Source: Amphiscolops sp. MND2022
Taxonomy: Eukaryota
DNA: 64,000 nucleotides
NCBI GenBank assembly: GCA_964187785.1
Contig: OZ076409.1
Coordinates: 90,894,001 to 90,958,000, forward strand
Direction: 5' to 3'
In this document: positions 47,453 to 61,394 of the stretch, in pieces
Layout: the number at the start of each line of letters is the position of its first letter
How positions within the stretch are numbered: the first letter of the stretch is position 1
The notes under the pieces: model-generated
What the model saw: only the letters and a program-made list of their open reading frames with translations
Database searches by the model: none
Told to the model about the DNA's origin: nothing
Program-made: the position numbers and the translations under genes

Positions 47453-48822
47453 AACATGTACATTATTTTACTCTAAATTGAAAAGTATGCATATCTTCAA
47501 GAATGGAAAAGCTGGGAATTGTTCGAAGCGCCTTATTCAGTTTCGAGAAGACTTCTATCGATGGCCGTGCTGACGTACAACAACCCCCTCAATGGGACCC
47601 GAGGATACTCGCAGGTATAGCTGGCCATGCATATTACAGTCGAACTCGGATGAAAAACATTTGGACATGAAAAAAAAACGTTTTCGCTCCTCCGCTGTTA
47701 TGCAAGACAAACTTTCTACGATAAACAGAAGTAATGAAAAACGTATTAGGAACCATCCAAACGTCCCAACTTGTCTGTTTTTGGACGTAGATGACATTTT
47801 TATGAAAAAAAAACACGAATATTTTTTTTCGGTTTCGTCAGTATAATAGGACAACTGATAAGAGACAATTTTCTTACCGCCCTCTGAGTGTCTTTTATTC
47901 GAGTTTGACAGTAATTATTAACGGAGCTGAGCCTTCATTTACCTGTCTGTTTGCTTGATTTTCTTATACTTTCTAAATGAACACATTTGAACCAATGACT
48001 AATTCAACTCAATGTTTGGGGTAAAATGTCGCAGATTCACATTATGAGTATTTGCTCTATTTCAAACTGCTGCGAAGTGCTTATAGGTCGGCGAACATTC
48101 TTCGGCGTGGTTGAATTGAATTTTTGCTAAAACTATCTTTTAAAAAGTCTCAACGTTCTGAAATCGAACTTGACCGCAATGGCGTTGCAATGTATAACCT
48201 CGACAGTGATTTCGTCCTCAAATGAAGGCAATCAAATTTAGCAATCAAAAAATACGGAACACAAAGCACATGGGAAAATAAATTTGTCTTTTTTATCGAC
48301 AATTGATTGAACTAACTGGGGTGAGATGTAATTTGTTTCAAAATAGTTTTTTCCAAGGCACCAGCGAAAAATAACTGAAAAAAGTGATAATTTGTTTAAA
48401 AATTACCTTTCAAAAAGTTGCTTTTTCTCAATAACAGCAATTTGCATAGTTACTGTCCCACTCTACCCACCATGGAAAACGCTTTTCAATGAAGCTTCAG
48501 CTATGAGTACGATTATTATTTGTAGAGAAATGAAATTTTGAAAAAAATGGCCACTTTTTTTCAAATTATCGGTGTGCTAGCAAGGATAACAAGGCTTAGA
48601 GGTCGATTAGATGAGTGAGAATTTCATCCGGCGTTAGTTTTCCATGCTTAATGTGATTCAGAGCTTACTAGTTTAATGGCTTTTCGTCATTGTTCCCTGT
48701 TACTCAAATTGACTAAAGTAGTTCTACCAGAAGTTCTACTTACTGCTGAATACAAGATGTCAAAGATGAGAGGGAAATTCCTGACTAAAAATGTCCAAAG
48801 TTCAATACTTGACAGACGCCAA

Positions 48823-49286
48823 TTTTTAGTCGGCGCTTTTCTTGAAAAGAGCCGACTATAGTCATGGCTTTTCGTCAATGTTTAAATTTTTTCGATACAC
48901 CTGAAGTGACCAAAATAGTTCTACCAAAAGTTCTACAAAATTTTAAATTGCCCCTGTTGGCCCAGGGAACTGAACTAAAAAGGTTTCCCGCGTAACATAC
49001 AATGCCGGACGAGCGAAGGGTCCCCCTTTCAGTTTATTTCGGCATCGCGAGATTTCGGAAGAAAATTCCCCAAAGGGTCCCCCTTCATTTTTTTGGAGTT
49101 TTGCGACATAATGGATGTTGAAAAATCCCAAAGGGTGCCCTTTCAGTTTTTTTTCGGAATTGTGAGACTTTTTTCAATTTTTTTTTCAAAATGGTCCCCA
49201 ATTCACCAATACTTTAACATTTTGAAGTCTTTTTGCTATTTTTGAGCCTTAGGTATGGCGCCGACTTCGGCCGGTCCCGGCTTGTT
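48823..49286 (+). mobile_element. Helentron-like HINE copy
   Basis: TTTTTAGTCGGCGCTTTTCTTGAAAAGAGCCGACTA 5' stem-loop; 3' GGCGCCGACT, GCCG-GTCC-CGGC hairpin, TTGTT. Confidence 0.7.
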
Positions 49287-49912
49287 CCTTTTTCCTCGCA
49301 CTTTTTGAACAGTCATTTTCCGCAGTTTTTCCTGCATTTGCAAAAAAAAACATTTTGACAGAGCATGACCGTTTTATTAGTCGGAGAAAAAGAGCAGACT
49401 AATACAGTGCAGGGTTTGGAAAAAAAGATTCTGTAAAAATTGTTTTAAACGTTTTGAACATAAAAATCGCTTGTCAAAAACTCGAAATCTCAATTTGAAT
49501 TCATAAACACAAAAATCTAAAAATTGCAAACATATCAAAAATTGAATTTCGTTTTCTTCCAGTAATAACAATTGGAGATGCCATTAGTATGTGAAAAAGA
49601 CAAACGTTATATTTCAGCTATGTTTAAAACGTGTTCAGAACATGTTTAAAACGTGTTTAAAAAAACTGTTTTAAACATGCGAACCCTGTTATAGTGACTT
49701 GCGTTGTCAGCCTCACATCGGAGTGTTTCTCTTCAAATTTTTTGTTCAATTCGTTCAACTTCGTCAATAGTTTCATATCGTTGAGGAGCAAATCTAAAAT
49801 GTATCTAGAACCATATTACAAAGCTAGACAATAGCAAAGAGTCCCCTTTTGGTTTTTCGGTACCTTTTTTCCGGAAATTTTCCTGATTTTTTTCACTTGC
49901 TGATGGAATATC

Positions 49913-50364
49913 GGTTACATGACATTTCGTCCTATACACTTTCAACCTATGCACTTTCAACCGTTGCCATTTCAACCGCTCACAATTTCAACCTATTGCA
50001 TTTTCAACCGTTCGCAATTTCGACCTAAACTAATTTAAGCTAATGGATCCTAATTAGTTACATAATTATTTTGGTGGTTTTAACTTTCATACATTTCTAA
50101 ATTCAAATGTGCTAATTTTTACGCCAGTTTCGGTACCTTTTGGCTTCTTCATGAATTGTTACAAATAATTAAGGCTGTTTGATTCATTAGTAATTATTAC
50201 ACCGGAAGAATAGCTCAACCGAATTAAGACTAAATAGCCAAAACTAGTTTAGGTCGAAATTGCAAACGGTTGAAAATGCAATAGGTTGAAATTGTGAGCG
50301 GTTGAAATGGCAACGGTTGAAATTGCATAGGTTGAAATTGCATAGGATGAAATGTCCTGACACC
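49913..50364. mobile_element. Foldback MITE with ~115-bp TIRs made of TTTCAACC units
   Basis: Left arm to ~50030 is the reverse complement of ~50244-50364; GG...CC ends; flanks GGAATATC / GAAATATC (7/8 match). Confidence 0.85.
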
Positions 50365-50979
50365 GAAATATCGTATTTGTAACCATTTTCAAGATATCTG
50401 AATTTGAATTTTGTTATTTCAAGCAATGGAGTCGCCACGTCTTAGAATACCACTGTATATTGATTACACTTCTGTTGCTTGAATTCAGGTTGCAAACCGA
50501 TTTGTCAAACTTACAAAAATGCATTTCTTCATTCAAATTGCCAAGCAGTAATAAATTTTGGCTAGCAATCACTTCCTTGGACAAACAAGTACCGAGAAAA
50601 AGTACCCTTATTTCATTCAAAGTGTTTTCGCCTCTAGCATTGCAAAAATTGCATGTGAATTCAAAATGTTTTCTTTTCTTGAAATTGTGCTCATACATAC
50701 ATGTTTACTGTTTGTGAATGGTCGCTCATAAAAGCCTTCTATGGAGTGAAAATTCAGTTCAAGTTTCTTTCTTGTGACCGAAAACAATTGCCATAGTTCC
50801 ATGCTCTCTGCATATGGTTTTCAAGATCAAAATGAGACAATCGCGGGATGTGAAGTGCTCTAAAGTAGTTTGCTTGACTCATTTTTTGAACTCCAATACC
50901 CTTCTGCTATTCGTGAAAATCAGTCCCGATCGATTACTACATTCTTGATTCTTGCGTGAACTGAATTATCCATGCTCCT

Positions 50980-51352
50980 CAGGGATGTAAAAAATAGATT
51001 GACATTAAAAAAAATAAAATATATTTATTTTTGGTTTTGTAAACTACAATATATATTTTTTGTTCCAATGTATTTGTGGTTCAGGCCGATATATTTTGAT
51101 ATTTTCTTCCAGGTTGGCAAATACTAACACGTACGTATGATATGGTCTGATCTGTATGTGTAAGATTACCGTAAGAGTCCCATTCACTTCAAACTCGGCC
51201 GAGTGACTATTTAACCGCGTAAGATTTACATCTGTGCAAGTGTAAAAAACTCTTCCAACAATATATTTTGGTCCTCACACAATTATTGGCTACGAACAAA
51301 GCAAAAATATTTTTCTTCAAAAAAATATTTAAATGTTTTTTCTACATCCCTG
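50980..51352. mobile_element. hAT-like MITE (CAGGGATGTA TIR), older copy
   Basis: CAGGGATGTA...TACATCCCTG; left part resembles 55787-55940; TSD degraded. Confidence 0.55.
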
Positions 51353-54300
51353 TGTATCCTTCATGTGGTTGTACTTGATAGAAGCGGCCAGAGTTTTGAC
51401 ACCCCTAATTAGCGAATTAGTGGCGGTGCAGGGACTTTTGACCGATTTCATTAGCGGTAGTGAGTTACTGCCTGCAACTGATAGAATGTCCACATTCGAA
51501 ATTACCCGAAATTACCCCAGTTTGGGTTTCAAAATGATTTTCGAAAAACTCCAGCTCTTTCCGATATAAAACCCCCACAGTATAAAAATTTTAGTCTCTT
51601 TTCTTGCAAAAATTAAATTCGTTTATTTAATTCAAAAACGTACTTGAAATCAAACATTCGACAGTTTGAAGAAATTTCCCAGCGAAATAGCGATTTTGAA
51701 ATTAGCTGTTTAACGATGTCAAAACCATTGTCTCACCCCTATTTTCAGTCAACCATTTTGTTTTGAAGTGTACCCGGCTAATACGATTGCTACTTTTTTT
51801 CTCCAGCTCACCCTGAAACTTGACTTATGTGGCAAAAATTTATAAATGCAACTCGAAGTACCAAATTAAAAGCTCGTATCTAACCGCCGCCGATATAGTT
51901 GTTTCGTATACACTAATGTATACTTTTCATTTACGAGATAATTTGGTTTTTCGGCACTGTGCGACTTTTTTTGAAATTTTTGTTCCACAGTTTGATATAC
52001 TTTCAGAACAAAAAAGGCTATATTCAAGTCTAAAAGATCCCGTCTTCGGATTTGTCTGTTAGATTTATGGGATTTTTCTCACTGATTGACCCTGAACATG
52101 TAAGAGACTGCTTTTATGAACTTGAAGCGGGCTTTTTTTGTCAGATAACAGAATGTATGCGCAGTGGACTCCTCTTACAGAACTACTAAACTACTGGACC
52201 GGCGAGCGGAAACGCATCTAAGTTAGTGCAAAGAGCCCCCCTTTCATATATTGCATTACAGTGCATCTGCCAGGTAAATAGCTACAGACACATTTCTGTG
52301 CCTGTAGGCCCTCCGGTTCTGCAGACATGTCTTAAAGCGTGTAAAATTGGCAATTTAGCACTGATTTTGCGGAAACCACGCCACGAAAATCGGCGTTTTT
52401 CGGAATCAGAGGGCATGGGTTAATACGTTAGCCGGTTTCATTTTGCGGAATCCGGGACCAAGAATATGCCGACAAATTCATGTCTTGGATTCCACAAAAA
52501 GCATTTTAGCCAATCAGATGGCTGTAAACTTTAGCGTCTCAGTTTCCACTCACATTTTAATTAGCCGAAATTGAACTTAATAAGCCAGAGAGTAAATATA
52601 AATCAATTACCACAAACAAGTCCCAATTAATGTGTCACTCTCCGTAAAATTGTCGGCTTTTCTTTTCATCTTTATATATTTTAACTGAATCATGAAAATT
52701 GATTTTTTTTAATATTTCTGCTTTAGCAGGAATGTTATTGTAACCTCAAAGTTGGTCCTTTTTTTTTTTCAGTCGTCAAATTTCGTCCTACTGAATAATT
52801 CAGATATTTTGTTCGGCAGTGAGTGTAAGCGTGGGAAAGCTGCCGACAACAATTCAATTCTAGTGCGATAGAACGAGCGAGTGGTAATTATCCATTCGTA
52901 TGCTGACGTCATTGAGATGAAGCGAATGAGTGTTAATTATTCGTTCGTTGAGAGCTTCGCCTGCATTCAAATGCGAATGCGAAACTTCGTCTACGCTTAG
53001 TTATATTTTCTTTAGTCCGAGAAGAATTAAAGGCGGTGTAAACTTGTACAGTGATTAATTGTGCTCTAAGTAATGATTAAACAGGAGTGTATTGGTATTC
53101 CAGATATGATTCTTTTATTAATGATTTTTTGTTTTAAAAAAATAAAGATTAAAGCAGAAATAGTACTGAGCCCCGGAGGGGCCTATTTTAATAACGTAAA
53201 TTCATACGTTAAAAACTTACTTCCGAAAGGGTACGTTATACCGAGGTTCACCTGTATTCTTTAGTTTCAATAGGAATAAAATTGAATGCTTTATTATATC
53301 AATTAGAATAGACTTGAAAAGATTTCGGTGACAAAATATTAGACTATAGTGAAATACAATAGTGAAATACTACATTTCTACCAACTGTAATGAATTTGAA
53401 AAAAGTGGAAAATTTATTGATATAATTCGAGTGGAATTGGAGATATTTGGTTCCATGCGTTGGTCAAATCGTGAAGCTTCATTTAACAGAGGTTTTGTTC
53501 CGAACAGTATCTTTTCTCGTAATTTTCATCTGGTTTCAAGAGATTGAGAATAAATGCGGAAGATTGAGAATAAATGCGGAAACAGATTATAAGTGTTGCG
53601 GAATGTAGGTGTGCGAATTACTCTATTGAATAAAATTCTGGAATCTGAGACAGATTTTGCACTACTTGCTCTCAACATAATTGGCGCTATTAAGACCTGG
53701 CATAAGTGGCGAATAATTGGCCCCATTAACTTGCCAAGACACAAAATTGCGGAAAGTAAGATTTCAACTTCAGAGGAAGCTAAGGCAGTCGACATCAAAG
53801 AGGAATGAATTCAGTGCACGCGTCTCGGTTTTGAGATTTCGTAACCTGATTTCCGCAAAACGCTCAGAAAAAGCTTGCAGATGAACTGTAATGTACATTT
53901 TCAACGTAAAATACAAAACCGGACGAGACAGTTTAAATTTGTCGGCACTAAGAGACTATTTTGTTATATCCGAAATTGGTTTTTCTCAATGTAAACCCAC
54001 AAATAATTTGTTAAGTACTTTCCAAATTATTATCCTGAGTAAAGCGCTATATCCGAACTTTTGACGTTATATCCGAAATAATTTGCGTTTTACTGAGGAG
54101 GAGGCGTATGATCGAAGCGCTCACATGTGTTCCAGGACGCTATATCCGAACTTCTGAAGCGTTTTCCGAGCATGAAGGGCACCTTTTCGGTGTTTCGGAA
54201 CTTTTTGTGAGTTTTTGTCCTGAGCAAATTTCAAAAACTTTTGAGCTTTTTCAGCCTTAGGTATAGCGCCGACTTGAGATGTAAATCAGCTGAAATAAAT

Positions 54301-55786
54301 AAAAACCTTTCTACCTGATTCGCGGTATAGAAATTAGAAATTGGTCGTTGAAAGTAGCGATGTCAGAAGCCTCCCTGGTTGAGAATGAAAGTTCCCAATG
54401 CTCCTGTCCTTTAAAATATTTATAACTCTGTAAAATTTTACTATTTTCAAGACTATATAAAAATTTGTAATACTCTTGAAATGGAAAATGAAATTTATAT
54501 TTGCATACCAGACATATGCGTTCCCTAAAGTTTTTCATGATCTACGATTATTTGCACTGAAGGATTTTCGAAGCCTTTCATGTGAGAATCAAATTGAATG
54601 GGCCATTACCGCATATAATTTGAATTTGCATATTACTTATACTTGTATTGTATTCTTATTCCTTGGAATATTTGTTACAAAACATTTCATGATGATACCA
54701 CTTTCTTGCACTACTTTGCTACTCTACACTCCTCCCAACCATGAGTGAGTTGATTCAAACGATTTTTCACACGTCATTTGTTTTCAACCAATGAAATCAA
54801 TGTTAGTTTGAACATTTTTGACTAGCGATGTTCTCTTAAGAGTAATAGCGTTTGAGACCATGCAAAGGAAGTTTTTTCCAACTCTAAAGCACGTTTGAAT
54901 TTCTTGGCATGTATGTAAAATCTGATTTTCTTGTTATAAAATCCAAGTTGATATAAAGAAGCCTCTTACAATCTTTCAATTTTTCGTGTGACAATTGCAA
55001 ACCCTCAAGCCTTTGTTGCGATCCAAAATCCGACGTCGTTTCCGACATCTGGCGCTCAAGTAATCCGAAGGCTGCGCATTTTATCAAAAATCTTTCATTG
55101 ACTATCAACTCCCCTTTGAATACATTGAAAAATATCTCGGTAGAGTATGAATGGTGATGTGTTAAAAAGTGATCTTACGCAAGGATGTTTTCATGTTCCA
55201 CTTATTTTTGAGCAAACTTCATTCACGTGGTGGTGGCGGCGTTGGTTTTTGAGTTGTGAACAAAAGCATCGGCAGCCGAAGCGCGCAGTTGCAACTGATG
55301 CGCCGTGCTCGTCGTTGTTTTTAACGTACACGAGGATAGCATCTTCCCACCAGATGTTGTTGCTACTTGTTGGAAATATCTTGTTTGAACCGTCGTCCGT
55401 ACCTTCACATTCCAATATTTCTTATCATTCATTCAACATTGCAGCCCCAAAAGCCAAATTGTTTCATTCTTCCAACTAATTTGTTCTTGTTGACGTTATT
55501 TACCAACTAATTTACTGTTCAACAACTATCCATTCCCAGCTATTTTCCATTGCTGTCATAAATTGTTGTGTTGCCAACTTTCTATTTGAAAAATTGCAGT
55601 TTTTTACCGAAATTTTGGAATAATTGCAAATGAGTAAGCCTTAGAGCACTTCGAAACGTTGACTTGGGAAATTTTCTGTATAACAGTACTGTTTTGTGCT
55701 ACTGACTTGATGCACGGTTTTACTGGGTTACTGGTTTCACATCAGTTCGATTTTCGAAGCTTTTCTCACTGTCGAACAGTGGTACT

Positions 55787-56247
55787 CAGGGATGTAAAAA
55801 ATATATATTGTATTTAAATATCTTGACAATATATAAATAAAATATATTTATTTTTAGTTTCGTACAATACAATATATTCATTTTTTGTTCCAATGTGTGT
55901 TTTGGGCCAATATATCTTGATATTCATTTTAATGTTGGCAACTATTAAATAAAACAAATGTGTTATTTTGATCTTTCCGTGAAATACACGAAACTATTCT
56001 CGGCCAATTGTTATAAAGAATTCAGATTTAGTTTTAGTCGTGTAGAAAAATCAATTCAGGAAGTTTGTAAAATTATAGATGGTTGTAAATAAAGTCCAAG
56101 TGTAGAAACAAAATATTTGTTCGAACAACGTATTTTTTGTCTCACATAATATTGGACAATATATTTAATATATTTATTGTTTGCCAGAAACAAAAATAGG
56201 TTTATTTTTTTTGAAAAATTGCATATAAATACAATGTTACATCCCTG
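55787..56247. mobile_element. hAT-like MITE with 8-bp TSD
   Basis: TIR CAGGGATGTAA / TTACATCCCTG; flanks GTGGTACT and GTAGTACT (7/8 match). Confidence 0.75.
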
Positions 56248-56745
56248 GTAGTACTTCATTACAGTGTCCCAGTCTTGAAATATCGACCTTACGTGTGCTG
56301 ATTGGGTTTGAAAATACATCCTACTTACTTTGGCACCAAGTCTAGTTAATGAACAAAATGCGTTTTTCTCTTTAGTCTAATTCGTATCCTTCATTCTAAA
56401 TCGATTCGATTAATCGCAAATTTGAGTTCTACTTTAAATGTTGTTTCTATCTACAGGTAGTTGGTTATATTATTTATAGAATTAATTGATACTTATTTGC
56501 ATCGAATTGCGTTTCCAGGAGCAATCGGCTTACTCACAGTTGACCCAAAGTTAATGGCATTAGTGAACCTCCGATCCATTTTGTGGGTGCCACAGCGGCT
56601 AACTTTAAATTTCGATCTTGTGCTAATACAACTAGATAGCATTTGGATAGTTTCGTTGGAGTTTTGAGGAGAGTCGCGTTTTCTTCCGTAACATTTCATC
56701 ATTAATATCTGTACTTCCTCTTTCCTTCCCATTAACTAGCTGAAA

Positions 56746-57453
56746 ATGTCTTCAGATAATAACCATAAGTTGCCTCCTCCGAAACGAAACCAAGTTGCCC
56801 CGGCCCCTATTGTTACTGTGCAGCCTCCCCCCTCTGCATCTGAGAGCCCCGTGCCCATGGCAGCAACCGAGAACGGAATGGAGTACACATCTACTGTTAT
56901 GATTGGATCGCACATGCAAAGTGAGCTACGGTTATCCAGAGAAGATGACATCAGATGTTCTAGGAGGTTCCAGTCTCTTTCGGAAGGCGACAAAAATCTG
57001 GCCAAGAGACGCAGCGTTTCTAGTTTAGTTGAAGACACCTCTCACGGCAAACCCGACACCTTTCAACAGCTGCTCACTTGCTCATGTTGTCCTACCAAAG
57101 TACGCCAAGTTTTATATTACTGCGGATCCAAACTTCTGACAGGGTTCGGCGAAGAATGGATCTTCCTGCTGCTTCTTGGCACCATAATGGCATGCTTGTC
57201 TTACCTGATGGATTACGCAATCATGAAGTTCCAGGAAGCGCATATCAAGCTCTATTTTGAATTCAAAGGTCAAAACTGGGCCCAGTTCTTATCTTGGGTT
57301 GGATATCCCTTGGTCTTTATCTCGTTCGCAACTGGTTTCGTACATCTGGTCGGTCCGAACGCAGTCGGATCTGGTATACCAGAAATGAAGACCATCATAC
57401 GAGGGGTTACCCTGCACGAATACCTCAGTTTTCGTACTCTCATATCTAAAACT
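56746..57453 (+). CDS. CLCN2: First coding exon of a CLC chloride channel (ClC-1/ClC-2 type); rest of gene not seen in window
   Basis: GEEWIFLLLLGTIMACLSYLMDYAI, selectivity motif AVGSGIPEMKTIIRGV, LHEYLSFRTLISK; donor GTGAGT at 57454. The following GKEGP exon was not found. Confidence 0.85.
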
Positions 57454-57772
57454 GTGAGTCAGCTTTTTCCAAATGTAATTGCTTCAAAATATGGGAAATG
57501 ATAAAGAATTTATGACTGGCTGAGCTCTTAGAATAATTCTATTCACAGTGATGAAATATCTCATTTTGTACGTTTTCAATCCTGCCATCTCACGAGAAGT
57601 TATAGTAACTGCATATAATATCCAACGCTAATATGTGTTATTATCATATCGGTGTTTGTAAATTGCATATTCAAGGTCTCCAAAAAATTTTCAAAGGAAC
57701 AACGAACTGGCTGACTTGTGTTGTTTTTAGTCAGCACATTTCTGGGAAGTACAGAGTACTACAATGGGTAGG

Positions 57773-58704
57773 TTTAGTCGCCGGTTTTGAAGAAAATTGC
57801 CCGACTCTTACTATGGGTAGTTTTTTAGACGCGTAAGGTCCACTTTTTCGTTCATTTGTTCGACAACTTGAATGTTCAAATTCCTTATACGCGGGGTCCT
57901 TATTAACTTGAATGTTCAAAACATACTCGAACTCGAAACGTCAGAGCCACGTCCAAAGCAAGAAAAACAAAACCAACGTCCAGAACTTCGACAACATACT
58001 AAGGATTCCCCCTTTGGCTATCTTGGTGTTGTTAACTTAGTTTTTTGTGGCCTTATGATACTTTCTTTGAAATTTTTTTGTTTGCACCAAAGGGCCCCGC
58101 TTCAATTTCATGATTTTTTGCAACAGAATAAATTTCATTCCCGCTTTTACATTTTTCGGCACTATGAGACTATTCAGAAGTCTCATTTTTTGATTTTTCT
58201 CGAATTTTTTTTAATGTCTCCAAAGGTCCCCCTTCACTTTTTTGATATTTGGCAACGAATTGGATCTTTAAAAATTCCAAAGGATCCCCTATTGAGAGAT
58301 TTTTCAAAATGATCATTTTCGTCTTAAAATTAGGTTTTATCAGCAGGCTAAATTCTATCTCAATTTTGTTTCTTTACGACTGGCGTTTTTTCCATGTAAC
58401 TTTTTCCTAATTTGCTTGTATCAAGGCCCCCTCAATTTTTACTAAGGACCAAACGTTTTGCGAGCACAGAGGACTCCTAGGGTTTCCGGCACTATGCGAC
58501 ATTTTCCGAAAGAAAAAATCCGTTTTCAAAAAAAAATGTTCCCGAGAAAAGTCGTTTCCGAGTCTTATCGAGCATGAAAGGCACCCTTTGGATGTCTCAA
58601 AACTGTTTTCGAAGCTTTTTATAGAAATGTCCTAGCATATTTTAGAAACTTTACGCTTTTTGAGCCTGAGATATAGCGCCGACTTTAGCCGTTTCCGGCT
58701 TGTT
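57773..58704 (+). mobile_element. Helentron-like HINE copy (intronic)
   Basis: TTTAGTCG...CCCGACT start; 3' GCGCCGACT followed by the perfect hairpin AGCCG-TTTC-CGGCT and TGTT. Confidence 0.6.
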
Positions 58705-58729
58705 CCTTTAGATGTCACTGAAAGGTCCA

Positions 58730-59225
58730 TTTTTAGTCGGCGCTATTCTTTAGAAAAGAGTCGACTAAAGTCATGGCTTTTTGTCAGTGTTTTTTTAAGA
58801 CCACCTGAACTGACCAAAATAGTTCTACAAAAGTTCTACAAAATATTATTGCACCAAATTGCACCATTTGGCCTAGCGAACTGAACCAAAAAGGTTTTTC
58901 CTGTTTTCCCGCGTAACACCATACCTGGCGAGACCAAAGGGTCCCCCCCCCTTCAGTTTTTTTTTCGGCATTGTGAGACTTTTTTTCCGAAAAAAATTCC
59001 CCAAAGGGTCCCCCCTTCAATTTTTTTGGTGTTTTGCGACAGAATGGATGTTGGAAAATCCCAAAGGGTCCCCCTTTAAGTTTTTTTCGGCATTGTTAGA
59101 CTTTTTTTCCAAAAAAACTTTTCATGAAAGGGTCCCCTTCTCACTAATACTTTGACATATTGAAGTCCTTTTGCTATTTTTGAGCCTTGGATATGGCGCC
59201 GACTTGGGCCGTTCCCGGCTTGTTT
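58730..59225 (+). mobile_element. Helentron-like HINE copy
   Basis: TTTTAGTCGGCGC...GTCGACTA start; GGCGCCGACTTGGGCCGTTCCCGGCTTGTT end. Confidence 0.7.
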
Positions 59226-59304
59226 GATCATATGTTCAATCATGCCGTTGAAATACGTCATCACGCAGCCGATCGGAAACATATCCGAAGGTTCCCTTCT
59301 TTCA

Positions 59305-60461
59305 TTTTTAGGAGTCGGAAAAAATTTTCGACTACTTATGCAATCGTGTTTTTTTTTCTCCCGACCTTTTCATGAAAATTTCAAATTTCTCAAAAACTGT
59401 CCATACGATTTTCACGAAGTTTTGCACAGTCATTCTACACCCAAAGGGGCCCCTGCGTGTGCAAAGGCATCAAAATCGTATGGCTGGGATGTGAGAAACA
59501 TAGCCAAAATTAGCCCAAAAATGGCCAAAAAACAGCCATTTTTCGACTTTTTTCGATTTTCTCAAAAACTGTCCATACGATTCGAACGAAATTTTCTACA
59601 GTTATTCTACACCATATTAGAGTCCTATATGTGCAATGGCATCAAAATCGTATGGCTGGGATGTGAGAAACATAGCCAAAATTAGCCCAAAAATGGCCAA
59701 AAAACAGCCACTTTTCGACTTTTTTCGATTTTCTCAAAAACTGTCCATACGATTCGAACGAAATTTTCTACAGTTATTCTACACCTTATTAGAGTCCTAT
59801 ATGTGCAATGGCATCAAAATCGTATGGCTGGGATGTGAGAAACATAGCCAAAATTAGCCCAAAAATGGCCAAAAAACAGCCATTTTTCGACTTTTTTCGG
59901 TTTTCTCAAAAACTGTCCATACGATTCGAACGAAATTTTCTACAGTTATTCTACACCTTATTAGAGTCCTATATGTGCAATGGCATCAAAATCGTATGGC
60001 TGGGATGTGAGAAACATAGCCAAAATTAGCCCAAAAATGGCCAAAAAACAGCCATTTTTCGACTTTTTTCGATTTTCTCAAAAACTGTCCATACGATTCG
60101 AACGAAATTTTCTACAGTTATTCTACACCTTATTAGAGTCCTATATGTGCAATGGCATCAAAATCGTATGGCTGGGATGTGAGAAACATAGCCAAAATTA
60201 GCCCAAAAATGGCCAAAAAACAGCCATTTTTCGACTTTTTTCGGTTTTCTCAAAAACTGTCCATACGATTCGAACGAAATTTTCTACAGTTATTCTACAC
60301 CATATTAGAGTCCTGTATGTGCAATGGCATCAAAATCGTATGGCTGGGATGTGAGAAACATAGCCAAAATTAGCCCAAAAATGGACAAAAAAGGGCCATT
60401 TTTCGACTTCAGAAGGAAAAAGACCTAAGCCGACTCCTTTACCGCACATGCGGCTCTGGTT
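59305..60461 (+). mobile_element. Second HINE family carrying ~6 x 172-bp internal tandem repeats (array ~59386-60409)
   Basis: 5' TTTTTAGGAGTCGG..TTTTCGACTAC; 3' CCGACTCCT, then hairpin CCGCA-CA-TGCGG and CTCTGGTT; identical ORF starts every 172 bp. Confidence 0.75.
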
Positions 60462-60528
60462 ATACTTTTACGCCTTTTATAAAATTAGGAGGTAGCAAAG
60501 GGTTTTCAGCACTCTGTGACTTTTTTCA

Positions 60529-61394
60529 TTTTTTAGTCGGCGCTTCATGAAGTGAAACGCGACTATTATAGTGACTCTTTTTTTTCTATCCACACGAACT
60601 GACCAAAATAGTTCCTAAAAGTTCTACAAAATATTATTGCACCAAATTGCACTATTTGGCCTAGCGAACTGAACCAAAAAGGTTTTTCCTGTTTTTCCGC
60701 GTAACATACCATACAGGGCGAGACCAAAGGGTCCCCCTTTCATTTTTTTGGCACTGCGAGACTTTTCGAAAAAAATTCCCCAAAGGGTTCGCCTTCAATT
60801 TTTTTGCTGTTTTGCGTCAGAATGGATGTTGGAAAATCCCAAAGGGTTCCCCCTTACAGTTTTTTTCGGCACTGTGAGATTTTTTCCGAAAATAAGAATT
60901 TTTCCCCCTTCAATTTTTTGATGTTTTGCGACAGAATGGATGTTGAAAAACCCCAAATGGTCCCCCTTTCAGTTTTTCGGCATTGTGAGACTTTTTTACT
61001 AAAATTTTTTTTCTCTCCAAAGGGTCCCCCTTCAATTTCTTTGATATTTTACACCAGATAGGGTGTTTAAAATCCCAAAGGGTCCCCCTTTCAGTTTTTC
61101 GGCATTGTGAGATTTTTTTCGAAAATTTGCTTTTTCTCCGAAGGGTCCCCCCTTCAACTGCGACAAAAATGTTGACAATTTCGGAAGTGTCCCCCTTTTA
61201 GCGCGCCAGGGGCTCGCGCTAGCGGGCCCCGGCGCGCCACTCGGGCCAATTGTTGAGTATGTAATTTTTTTGAAATTTTTTCGAAAAATTTTTGATTTTC
61301 GAGTACTGTAAAAGAGAATACTTGACACTTGGAAGTCTTTTTGCTATTTTTGAGCCTTGGATATGGCGCCGACTTGGGCCGGTCCCGGCTTGTT
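60529..61394 (+). mobile_element. Helentron-like HINE copy with expanded AAGGGTCCCCC internal repeats
   Basis: Same termini as the other copies; repeated internal AAGGGTCCCCCTT and TTTTCGGCA.TGTGAGA modules. Confidence 0.7.

Noticed and set aside
59386..60409. CRISPR array or repeated 73-aa proteins
   Set aside because: Contiguous 172-bp units with no unique spacers, no cas genes, eukaryotic context.
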